Assembly: GCA_964016885.1 (NCBI GenBank)
Contig: OZ024766.1
Coordinates: 12,772,001 to 12,836,000 of the forward strand
Length of the DNA: 64,000 bases
Reading direction: 5' to 3'
Source of the DNA: Eledone cirrhosa
Lineage: Eukaryota
The notes under the pieces are model-generated. The model did no database searches. It was not told the DNA's origin and was given only the letters and a program-made list of their open reading frames with translations. The position numbers and the translations under genes were made by a program. Shown here one piece after another: positions 41,165-53,500 of this stretch (within the stretch, counting starts at the first letter, position 1; each line of letters starts with the position of its first letter).

Positions 41165-43228
41165 GGTAGTGTTGATGGGGGTGGGGGAGTAGGGGTAGTG
41201 GGGGGATATTTGATTAAGAGGTGCCTACTGACTGTAGGTTTCGCTTTGTACTTAGGCAAGGCGGGTCTTCTGTATTACTGCGTAGTGCCAAAGAGGTGTA
41301 AGTGTGTGAGGTCGGAATTTATCAGATCGTCCCATGTTTTTCTGGGTCTGCCTACTCCGTAAAATTTTGATCGCCCTGCACTTTTTTTATACAGCTGTCG
41401 TCTTTCATGCGCATCACATGGCCATACCAACGTAGTCTTCTTTCGAGTAAACAGTATCTGATCCCTCTTATTCCTAGTTTCTCCCTTAGTTCATTTATGC
41501 TTTGCCGTTCACGTATATTACTATTACACATCCAGCGGAGCATGCAAGCTTCGTTCCTCTCCAGTCTGCGTATATCCTCTGCACACAATGCCCAGGTCTC
41601 ACTGCCATGTAACATTGCTGTTCGTATGCAGGCATCATACAGTCTGCCTTTCATTTTTAGAGAGAAACCTTTAGCGGCCAATAGTGGTATAAGCTCTCTG
41701 AACTTTTTCCATCCCGTTCTGACTCTGGCTACTGTACTTTCAGAGCACCCTCCACCAATGCTGATTTTGTCACCCAGGTAACGGAAGGTGTCCACTATTT
41801 CTATAGAACCATCTGGGCAATAGAAGGAGCTAGTATCCTGTGGCCGCTTGCTACTTATTGCACCAGAGCACCAGCCACATATAAAATCTATATTCTTAGT
41901 TAGCTTACCTGTGATCCCACTACATCTTTTATGGACCCATACTTTGCATTTGGGACATAAAATGGAGTTTCTACCTACTCCCTTCCTACACACTGAGCAT
42001 GGCCATTTCCCAGAGGGCACCAGTGCCCTATTTTACTTTCTACATACTAGAACTTGAGTCTTAGATAGGTTAACTTTAAGGCCTTTTGATTCTAGGCCAT
42101 GCTTCCATGTTTTGAATTTCTTCTCTAGCTCAGCCATTGATTCGGCTATGAGCGTTAGATCATCTGCGTATAGGAGTTCCCATGGGCAGCCGGTCTTGAA
42201 CTCCTCTGTTATAGCCTGAAGGGCAATAATAAATAGGATGGGGCTAAGGACAGAGCCCTGATGGACACCAACTTTTACACTAAATTCTTCACAATATTCC
42301 TTGTTAATTCTAACCTTACTGACTGTTTCTCTATACATAGCTTGTATAGCTCTCACCAGACATTCATCTACATCTAGTTTTCTAAGAGCCCACCAAATAA
42401 TGACACGGAGGACTCTGTCAAATGCTTTCTCCAAGTCAACAAAAGCTAAGTATAGGGGTTTACTTTTAGCTAGGTACTTCTCCTGTAGTTGTCGTACAAT
42501 GAAAAGAGCGTCTGTGGTACTTTTACCTGACACAAACCTGAACTGCATTTCATCTAGATCAATTCGCTCTCTGATTAGTTGCGCTATAACTTTTTCTGTC
42601 ACCTTCATGACCTGGTCAATTAACTTAATGCCTCTATAGTTTCCTCTATCTAGTGCATCTCCTTTACCCTTGTAGCAGTTAATGATGATGCTGCTATGCC
42701 AGCCATTTGGTATGACCCCGTTCTGTATGACTTGGTTTACTATCCGTGTGACCATAGTGTGTCCCACCATTCCAGATGCTTTCAACATCTCAGCAACTAT
42801 CTCCGAAGGCCCAGCTGCCTTGCCTGTCTTCATATCTTTGATTGCCTTACTTATTATACTACCTTCAACTTGCACTGCTGGACCCTCTATTGGATCGATG
42901 TGGGGCAGACTTTGTCCCATTTATTCTCCTCATTTAGTAGCCTCTCATAGTGCCCCTTCCAAGCTACCTTCTTATCAGCATCAGTAATGGCAAGTACACC
43001 ATCATCATTACGGACACACTTCTCCCCGACAATATCATGGTTTTCCTTGACACATTGCCTAGCAATCCTGAACACCTCACGTTTTTGGTCCTCGCGTTGT
43101 AGAACATGCTTGAACTTTCTTTCCTCTGCTTCCCTTCTTGCGAAGTTGACTTGTCTCCTAGCTTCCCTCGTCGCCATCTGATAGTCTTCTCTACTTCCCC
43201 CATCCCGCCATACTTTCCAAGCCTCTAT
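41165..43228 (-). mobile_element. 5'-truncated RTE LINE with frameshifts (RT plus PHD-like finger)
   Basis: ORF pieces 42887-43177, 42033-42920 (NYRGIKL..FVDLEKAFD..GVHQGSVLSP..YADD) and 41352-42020 (CSVC..CPKC..HKRC..CGWC..FRYLGD..HGSETW). Confidence 0.96.
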
Positions 43229-43249
43229 TAAGACTTTTCTCTATACACA

Positions 43250-43862
43250 TACATTTTGTTAGACTATATGTGACTAACTCTCACATTTTGTTAGACTATA
43301 TGTGACTAACTCTCACATTTTGTTACACCATATGACAATAACTCTCACATTTTGTTAGACTATATGTGACTAACTCTCACATTTTGTTAGACTATATGTG
43401 ACTAACTCTCACATTTTGTTAGACTATATGTGACTAACTCTCACATTTTGTTACACCATATGACAATAACTCTCACATTTTGTTAGACTATATGTGACTA
43501 ACTCTCACATTTTGTTAGACTATATGTGACTAACTCTCACATTTTGTTACACCATATGACAATAACTCTCACATTTTGTTACACCATATGACAATAACTC
43601 TCACATTTTGTTAGATTATATGTGACTAACTCTCACATTTTGTTAGACTATATGTGACTAACTCTCACATTTTGTTAGACTATATGTGACTAACTCTCAC
43701 ATTTTGTTAGACTATATGTGACTAACTCTCACATTTTGTTAGACTATATGTGACTAACTCTCACATTTTGTTACACCATATGACAATAACTCTCACATTT
43801 TGTTAGACTATATGTGACTAACTCTCACATTTTGTTACACCATATGACAATAACTCTCACAT
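43250..43862. repeat. 32-bp x19 minisatellite with two discrete unit types
   Basis: A = CACATTTTGTTAGACTATATGTGACTAACTCT; B = CACATTTTGTTACACCATATGACAATAACTCT. Confidence 0.97.
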
Positions 43863-44019
43863 AACTAAACCTCTTTATACATGTACCTTTACTGTGGTTG
43901 TCTAGCACTTCTTTACCCACTCGTCACATGCTTTCTTATGCGACTCATACACGACCACATTACAGTGTGGGCTGGGGGCTTTTGTTGTGATAACAACATA
44001 ACTCTACAGTGTAAGGAAG

Positions 44020-44520
44020 GTGTGGACAGAAGTGTGTATAGTAGTTAAGAGGTGCCTACTAGATGTGTGTTTGAGTCCGTGCGCTTGGGAAGGTGTGTCT
44101 TCTACATTACTACATAACGCCAAAGATATCAATCCTGTCTCATTCATTGTTTTTGAGGGATGCAATGGCGCAAAATAAGCTTTTATCATCGTAGGTCTTC
44201 CTACTCCATAGCATCCATTGGATCACCCTGCACCTTTTTATACAACTATCATCCTTCATACACATCACATGTCCATAACCAATGCAATCTCCTCTCTAAC
44301 ATATTGCATCTGATCCCTCTTATGCCTAATTTCTCTCAGTTCATTTACGCTTTGCAGGTCTTCTGTACGCAGTGACCAGGTCTGATTGCGAATGTTGCTG
44401 TTTGTATACATGCATCATACAATCTGCCCTTTATTTTACAGGGAAAACCTTTTGTAGATCCCTGAACATTCTCCTCTGTATTTTTGGAGTACCCTCCTCC
44501 ACTGCTGATTTCGTCACCTC
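44020..44520 (-). mobile_element. Old, deleted RTE 3' remnant running directly into the 39-bp satellite
   Basis: Collinear with 41215-41775 (aagaggtgcctact; ccctgcac.tttttataca; tctgatccctcttat.ccta.tttctc; ccactgctgatttcgtcacc). Confidence 0.88.
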
Positions 44521-47500
44521 GCTAATATCCTGGGGACGATTGCTATGTTAACTAAAGGAGCTAATATCCTGGGGTCTATTGCTATGTTAACTAAATGAGC
44601 TAATATCCTGGGGTCTATTGCTATGTTAACTAAAGGAGCTAATATCCTGGGGACTATTGCTATGTTAACTAAAGGAGCTAATATCCTAGGGACTATTGCT
44701 ATGTTAACTAAAGGAGCTAATATCCTGGTGACTATTGCTATGTTAACTAAATGAGCTAATATCCTGGGGTCTATTGCTATGTTAACTAAAGGAGCTAATA
44801 TCCTGGGGACTATTGCTATGTTAACTAAAGGAGCTAATATCCTAGGGACTATTGCTATGTTAACTAAAGGAGCTTATATCCTAGGGACTATTGCTATGTT
44901 AACTAAAGGAGCTAATATCCTGGGGACTATTGATATATTAACTAAAGGAGCTAATATCCTACGGACTATTGCTATGTTAACTACAGGAGCTAATATCCTG
45001 GGGACTATTACTATGTTAACTAAAGGAGCTAATATCCTAGGGACTATTGCTATGTTAACTAAAGGAGCTAATATCCTGGGGTCTATTGCTATGTTAACTA
45101 AAGGAGCTTATATCCTGGGGACTATTGCTATGTTAACTAAAGGAGCTAATATCCTGGGGACTATTGCTATGTTAACTACAGGAGCTAATATCCTGGGGTC
45201 TATTGCTATGTTAACTACAGGAGCTAATATCCTGGGGACTATTGCTATGTTAACTACAGGAGCTAATATCCTGGGGACTATTGCTATGTTAACTAAAGGA
45301 GCTAATATCCTGGGGACTATTGCTATGTTAACTAAAGAGCTAATATCCTGGGGACTATTGCTATGTTAACTAAAGGAGCTAATATCCTGGGGACTATTGC
45401 TATGTTAACTACAGGAGCTAATATCCTGGGGACTATTGCTATGTTAACTAAAGGAGCTAATATCCTATGGACTATTCCTATGTTAACTAAAGGAGCTAAT
45501 ATCCTGGGGTCTATTGCTATGTTAACTAAAGGAGTTAATATCCTAGGGACTATTGCTATGTTAACTACAGGAGCTAATATCCTAGGGACTATTGCTATGT
45601 TAACTAAAGGAGCTAATATCCTGGGGTCTATTGCTATGTTAACTAAAGGAGCTTATATCCTGGGGACTATTGCTATCTTAACTAAAGGAGCTAATATCCT
45701 AGGGACTATTGCTATGTTAACTAAAGGAGCTAATATCCTGGGGACTATTGCTATGTTAACTACAGGAGCTAATATCCTGGGGACTATTGCTATGTTAACT
45801 ACAGGAGCTAATATCCTAGGGACTATTGCTATGTTAACTACAGGAGCTAATATCCTAGGGACTATTGCTATGTTAACTAAAGGAGCTAATATCCTGGGGT
45901 CTATTGCTATGTTAACTAAAGGAGCTAATATCCTAGGGACTATTGCTATGTTAACTACAGGAGCTAATATCCTGGGGACTATTGCTATGTTAACTAAAGG
46001 AGCTAATATCCTGGGGTCTATTGCTATGTTAACTAAAGGAGCTTATATCCTGGGGACTATTGCTATGTTAACTAAAGGAGCTAATATCCTGGGGTCTATT
46101 GCTATGTTAACTAAAGGAGCTAATATCCTGGGGACTATTGCTATGTTAACTACAGGAGTTAATATCCTGGGGACTATTGCTATGTTAACTAAAGGAGCTA
46201 ATATCCTGGGGACTATTGCTATGTTAACTAAAGGAGCTAATATCCTGGGGACTATTGTTATGTTAACTAAAGGAGCTAATATCCTGGGGACTATTGTTAT
46301 GTTAACTAAAGGATCTAATATCCTGGGGACTATTGCTATGTTAACTACAGGAGCTAATATCCTGGGGTCTATTGCTATGTTAACTAAAGGAGCTAATATC
46401 CTGGGGTCTATTGCTATGTTAACTAAAGGAGCTAATATCCTGGGGACTATTGCTATGTTAACTAAAGGAGCTAATATCCTGGGGACTATTGCTATGTTAA
46501 CTACAGGAGTTAATATCCTGGGGACTATTGCTATGTTAACTAAAGGAGCTAATATCCTGGGGACTATTGCTATGTTAACTAAAGAGCTAATATCCTGGGG
46601 ACTATTGCTATGTTAACTAAAGGAGCTAATATCCTGGGGACTATTGCTATGTTAACTAAAGGAGCTTATATCCTGGGGACTATTGCTATGTTAACTAAAG
46701 GAGCTAATATCCTGGGGACTATTGCTATGTTAACTAAAGGAGCTAATATCCTGGGGACTATTGCTATGTTAACTAAAGGAGCTAATATCCTGGGGACTAT
46801 TGCTATGTTAACTACAGGAGCTTATATCCTGGGGACTATTGCTATGTTAACTAAAGGAGCTAATATCCTGGGGACTATTGCTATGTTAACTAAAGGAGCT
46901 AATATCCTGGGGACTATTGCTATGTTAACTACAGGAGCTTATATCCTGGGGACTATTGCTATGTTAACTAAAGGAGCTGATATCCTGGGGACTATTGCTA
47001 TGTTAACTACAGGAGCTAATATCCTGGGGACTATTGCTATGTTAACTACAGGAGCTTATATCCTGGGGACTATTGCTATGTTAACTAAAGGAGCTAATAT
47101 CCTGGGGACTATTGCTATGTTAACTAAAGGAGCTAATATCCTGGGGACTATTGCTATGTTAACTAAAGAGCTAATATCCTGGGGACTATTGCTATGTTAA
47201 CTAAAGGAGCTAATATCCTGGGGACTATTGCTATGTTAACTAAAGGAGCTTATATCCTGGGGACTATTGCTATGTTAACTAAAGGAGCTAATATCCTTGG
47301 GACTATTGCTATGTTAACTAAAGGAGCTAATATCCTGGGGACTATTGCTATGTTAACTAAAGGAGCTAATATCCTGGGGACTATTGCTATGTTAACTACA
47401 GGAGCTTATATCCTGGGGACTATTGCTATGTTAACTAAAGGAGCTAATATCCTGGGGACTATTGCTATGTTAACTAAAGGAGCTAATATCCTGGGGACTA

Positions 47501-50500
47501 TTGCTATGTTAACTACAGGAGCTTATATCCTGGGGACTATTGCTATGTTAACTAAAGGAGCTAATATCCTGGGGACTATTGCTATGTTAACTACAGGAGC
47601 TAATATCCTGGGGACTATTGCTATGTTAATTACAGGAGCTTATATCCTGGGGACTATTGCTATGTTAACTAAAGGAGCTAATATCCTGGGGACTATTGCT
47701 ATGTTAACTAAAGGAGCTAATATCCTGGGGACTAATGCTATGTTAACTACAGGAGCTAATATCCTGGGGACTATTGCTATGTTAACTACAGGAGCTTATA
47801 TCCTGGGGACTATTGCTATGTTAACTAAAGGAGCTAATATCCTGGGGTCTATTGCTATGTTAACTAAAGGAGCTAATATCCTGGGGACTATTGCTATGTT
47901 AACTAAAGGAGCTAATATCCTGGGAACTATTGCTATGTTAACTACAGGAGTTAATATCCTGGGGACTATTGCTATGTTAACTAAAGGAGCTAATATCCTG
48001 GGGACTATTGCTATGTTAACTAAAGGAGCTAATATCCTGGGGACTATTGTTATGTTAACTAAAGGAGCTAATATCCTGGGGACTATTGTTATGTTAACTA
48101 AAGGATCTAATATCCTGGGGACTATTGCTATGTTAACTACAGGAGCTAATATCCTGGGGTCTATTGCTATGTTAACTAAAGGAGCTAATATCCTGGGGAC
48201 TATTGTTATGTTAACTAAAGGAGCTAATATCCTGGGGACTATTGCTATGTTAACTAAAGGAGCTAATATCCTGGGGACTATTGCTATGTTAACTAAAGGA
48301 GCTAATATCCTGGGGACTATTGCTATGTTAACTAAAGGAGCTAATATCCTAGGGACTATTGCTATGTTAACTAAAGGAGCTAATATCCTGGGGACTATTG
48401 CTATGTTAACTAAAGGAGCTAATATCCTGGGGACTATTGCTATGTTAAGTAAAGGAGCTAATATCCTGGGGACTATTGCTATGTTAACTAAAGGAGCTAA
48501 TATCCTAGAGACTATTGCTATGTTAACTAAAGGAGCTAATATCCTGGGGACTATTGCTATGTTAACTAAAGGAGCTAATATCCTGGGGACTATTGTTATG
48601 TTAACTAAAGGAGCTAATATCCTGGGGACTATTGTTATGTTAACTAAAGGAGCTAATATCCTGGGGACTATTGCTATGTTAACTAAAGGAGCTAATATCC
48701 TGGGGACTATTGCTATGTTAACTAAAGGAGCTAATATCCTGGGGACTATTGCTATGTTAACTAAAGGAGCTAATATCCTGGGGACTATTGCTATGTTAAC
48801 TAAAGGAGCTAATATCCTGGGGACTATTGCTATGTTAACTACAGGAGCTTATATCCTGGGGACTATTGCTATGTTAACTAAAGGAGCTAATATCCTGGGG
48901 ACTATTGCTATGTTAACTAAAGGAGCTAATATCCTGGGGACTATTGCTATGTTAACTACAGGAGCTTATATCCTGGGGACTATTGCTATGTTAACTAAAG
49001 GAGCTGATATCTTGGGGACTATTGCTATGTTAACTACAGGAGCTAATATCCTGGGGACTATTGCTATGTTAACTACAGGAGCTTATATCCTGGGGACTAT
49101 TGCTATGTTAACTAAAGGAGCTAATATCCTGGGGACTATTGCTATGTTAACTAAAGGAGCTAATATCCTGGGGACTATTGCTATGTTAACTAAAGAGCTA
49201 ATATCCTGGGGACTATTGCTATGTTAACTAAAGGAGCTAATATCCTGGGGACTATTGCTATGTTAACTAAAGGAGCTTATATCCTGGGGACTATTGCTAT
49301 GTTAACTAAAGGAGCTAATATCCTGGGGACTATTGCTATGTTAACTAAAGGAGCTAATATCCTGGGGACTATTGCTATGTTAACTAAAGGAGCTAATATC
49401 CTGGGGACTATTGCTATGTTAACTACAGGAGCTTATATCCTGGGGACTATTGCTATGTTAACTAAAGGAGCTAATATCCTGGGGACTATTGCTATGTTAA
49501 CTAAAGGAGCTAATATCCTGGGGACTATTGCTATGTTAACTACAGGAGCTTATATCCTGGGGACTATTGCTATGTTAACTAAAGGAGCTAATATCCTGGG
49601 GACTATTGCTATGTTAACTACAGGAGCTAATATCCTGGGGACTATTGCTATGTTAATTACAGGAGCTTATATCCTGGGGACTATTGCTATGTTAACTAAA
49701 GGAGCTAATATCCTGGGGACTATTGCTATGTTAACTAAAGGAGCTAATATCCTGGGGACTAATGCTATGTTAACTACAGGAGCTAATATCCTGGGGACTA
49801 TTGCTATGTTAACTACAGGAGCTTATATCCTGGGGACTATTGCTATGTTAACTAAAGTAGCTAATATCCTGGGGTCTATTGCTATGTTAACTAAAGGAGC
49901 TAATATCCTGGGGACTATTGCTATGTTAACTAAAGGAGCTAATATCCTGGGAACTATTGCTATGTTAACTACAGGAGTTAATATCCTGGGGACTATTGCT
50001 ATGTTAACTAAAGGAGCTAATATCCTGGGGACTATTGCTATGTTAACTAAAGGAGCTAATATCCTGGGGACTATTGTTATGTTAACTAAAGGAGCTAATA
50101 TCCTGGGGACTATTGTTATGTTAACTAAAGGATCTAATATCCTGGGGACTATTGCTATGTTAACTACAGGAGCTAATATCCTGGGGTCTATTGCTATGTT
50201 AACTAAAGGAGCTAATATCCTGGGGACTATTGTTATGTTAACTAAAGGAGCTAATATCCTGGGGACTATTGCTATGTTAACTAAAGGAGCTAATATCCTG
50301 GGGACTATTGCTATGTTAACTAAAGGAGCTAATATCCTGGGGACTATTGCTATGTTAACTAAAGGAGCTAATATCCTAGGGACTATTGCTATGTTAACTA
50401 AAGGAGCTAATATCCTGGGGACTATTGCTATGTTAACTAAAGGAGCTAATATCCTGGGGACTATTGCTATGTTAAGTAAAGGAGCTAATATCCTGGGGAC

Positions 50501-53500
50501 TATTGCTATGTTAACTAAAGGAGCTAATATCCTAGAGACTATTGCTATGTTAACTAAAGGAGCTAATATCCTGGGGACTATTGCTATGTTAACTAAAGGA
50601 GCTAATATCCTGGGGACTATTGCTATGTTAACTAAAGGAGCTAATATCCTAGGGACTATTGCTATGATTAACTAAAGGAGCTAATATCCTAGGGACTATT
50701 GCTATGTTAACTAAATGAGCTAATATCCTGGGGACTATTGCTATGTTAACTACAGGAGCTAATATCCTGGGGTCTATTGCTATGTTAACTAAAGGAGCTA
50801 ATATCCTGGGGACTATTGCTATGTTAACTACAGGAGCTAATATCCTAGGGACTATTGCTATGTTAACTAAAGGAGCTAATATCCTGGGGACTATTGCTAT
50901 GTTAACTACAGGAGCTAATATCCTAGGGACTATTGCTATGTTAACTACAGGAGCTAATATCCTGGGGTCTATTGCTATGTTAACTACAGGAGCTAATATC
51001 CTAGGGACTATTGCTATGTTAACTAAAGGAGCTAATATCCTGGGGACTATTGCTATGTTAACTACAGGAGCTAATATCCTGGGGTCTATTGCTATGTTAA
51101 CTAAAGGAGCTAATATCCTGGGTACTATTGCTATGTTAACTACAGTAGCTAATATCCTGGGGTCTATTGCTATGTTAACTACAGGAGCTAATATCCTAGG
51201 GACTATCGCTATTTTAACTAAATGAGCTAATATCCTGGGGACTATTGCTATGTTAACTAAAGGAGCTAATATCCTGGGGTCTATTGCTATGTTAACTAAA
51301 GGAGCTAATATGATAGGGACTATTGCTATGTTAACTACAGGAGCTAATATCCTGGGGACTATTGCTATGTTAACTAAAGGAGCTAATATCCTAGGGACTA
51401 TTGCTATGTTAACTACAGGAGCTAATATCCTGGGGTCTATTGCTATGTTAACTACAGGAGCTAATATCCTAGGGTCTATTGCTATGTTAACTAAAGGAGC
51501 TAATATCCTGGGGACTATTGCTATGTTAACTACAGGAGCTAATATCCTGGCGTCTATTGCTATGTTAACTACAGGAGCTAATATCCTAGGGACTATTGCT
51601 ATGTTAACTAAAGGAGCTAATATCCTGGGGACTATTGCTATGTTAACTACAGGAGCTAATATCCTGGGGAGTATTGCTATGTTAACTAAAGGAGCTAATA
51701 TCCTGGGGACTATTGCTATGTTAACTACAGGAGCTAATATCCTGGGGTCTATTGCTATGTTAACTAAAGAAGCTAATATCCTAGGGACTATTGCTATGTT
51801 AACTAAAGGAGCTAATATCCTGGGGACTATTGCTATGTTAACTACAGGAGCTAATATCCTGGGGACTATTGCTATGTTAACTACAGGAGCTAATATCCTG
51901 GGGACTATTGCTATGTTAACTAAAGGAGCTAATATCCTGGGGACTATTGCTATGTTAACTAAAGGAGCTAATATCCTGGGGACTATTGCTATGTTAACTA
52001 AAGGAGCTAATATCCTGGGGTCTATTGCTATGTTAACTAAAGGAGCTAATATCCTGGGGACTATTGCTATGTTAACTAAAGGAGCTAATATCCTGGGGAC
52101 TATTGTTATGTTAACTAAAGGAGCTAATATCCTGGGGTCTATTGCTATGTTAACTAAAGGAGCTAATATCCTGGGGTCTATTGCTATGTTAACTAAAGGA
52201 GCTAATATCCTGGGGACTATTGCTATGTTCACTAAAGGAGCTAATATCCTGGGGACTATTGCTATGTTAACTAAAGGAGCTAATATCCTGGGGACTATTG
52301 CTATGTTAACTAAAGGAGCTAATATCCTGGGGACTATTGCTATGTTAACTAAAGGAGCTAATATCCTAGGGACTATTGCTATGTTAACTAAAGGAGCTAA
52401 TATCCTGGGGACTATTGCTATGTTAACTAAAAGAGCTAATATCCTAGGGACTATTGCTATGTTAACTAAAGGAGCTAATATCCTGGGGACTATTGCTATG
52501 TTAACTACAGGAGCTAATATCCTAGGGACTATTGCTATGTTAACTAAAAGAGCTAATATCCTGGGGACTATTGCTATGTTAACTAAAGGAGCTAATATCC
52601 TAGGGACTATTGCTATGTTAACTAAAGGAGCTAATATCCTAGGGACTATTGCTATGTTAACTACAGGAGCTAATATCCTAGGGACTATTGCTATGTTAAC
52701 TAAAGGAGCTAATATCCTGGGGTCTATTGCTATGTTAACTAAAGGAGCTAATATCCTGGGGACTATTGCTATGTTAACTAAAGGAGCTAATATCCTGGGG
52801 ACTATTGCTATGTTAACTAAAGGAGCTAATATCCTGGGGACTATTGCTCTGTTAACTACAGGAGCTAATATCCTAGGGACTATTGCTATGTTAACTACAG
52901 GAGCTAATATCCTGGGGACTATTGCTATGTTAACTACAGGAGCTAATATCCTGGGGACTATTGCTATGTTAACTACAGGAGCTAATATCCTGGGGACTAT
53001 TGCTATGTTAACTACAGGAGCTAATATCCTGGGGACTATTGCTATGTTAACTACAGGAGCTAATATCCTAGGGACTATTGCTATGTTAACTACAGGAGCT
53101 AATATCCTGGGGACTATTGCTATGTTAACTAAAGGAGTTAATATCCTAGGGACTATTGCTATGTTAACTAAAGGAGCTAATATCCTGGGGACTATTGCTA
53201 TGTTAACTAAAGGAGCTAATATCCTGGGGACTATTGCTATGTTAACTACAGGAGTTAATATCCTGGGGACTATTGCTATGTTAACTAAAGGAGCTAATAT
53301 CCTATGGACTATTGCTATGTTAACTACAGGAGCTAATATCCTGGGGACTATTGCTATGTTAACTAAAGGAGCTAATATCCTGGGGACTATTGCTATGTTA
53401 ACTAAAGGAGCTAATATCCTAGGGACTATTGCTATGTTAACTACGGGAGCTAATATCCTGGGGACTATTGCTATGTTAACTACAGGAGCTAATATCCTAG

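Noticed and set aside
40903-41362. HTHTYIYI / VCVCIYIY ORFs
   Set aside because: They are microsatellite translations.
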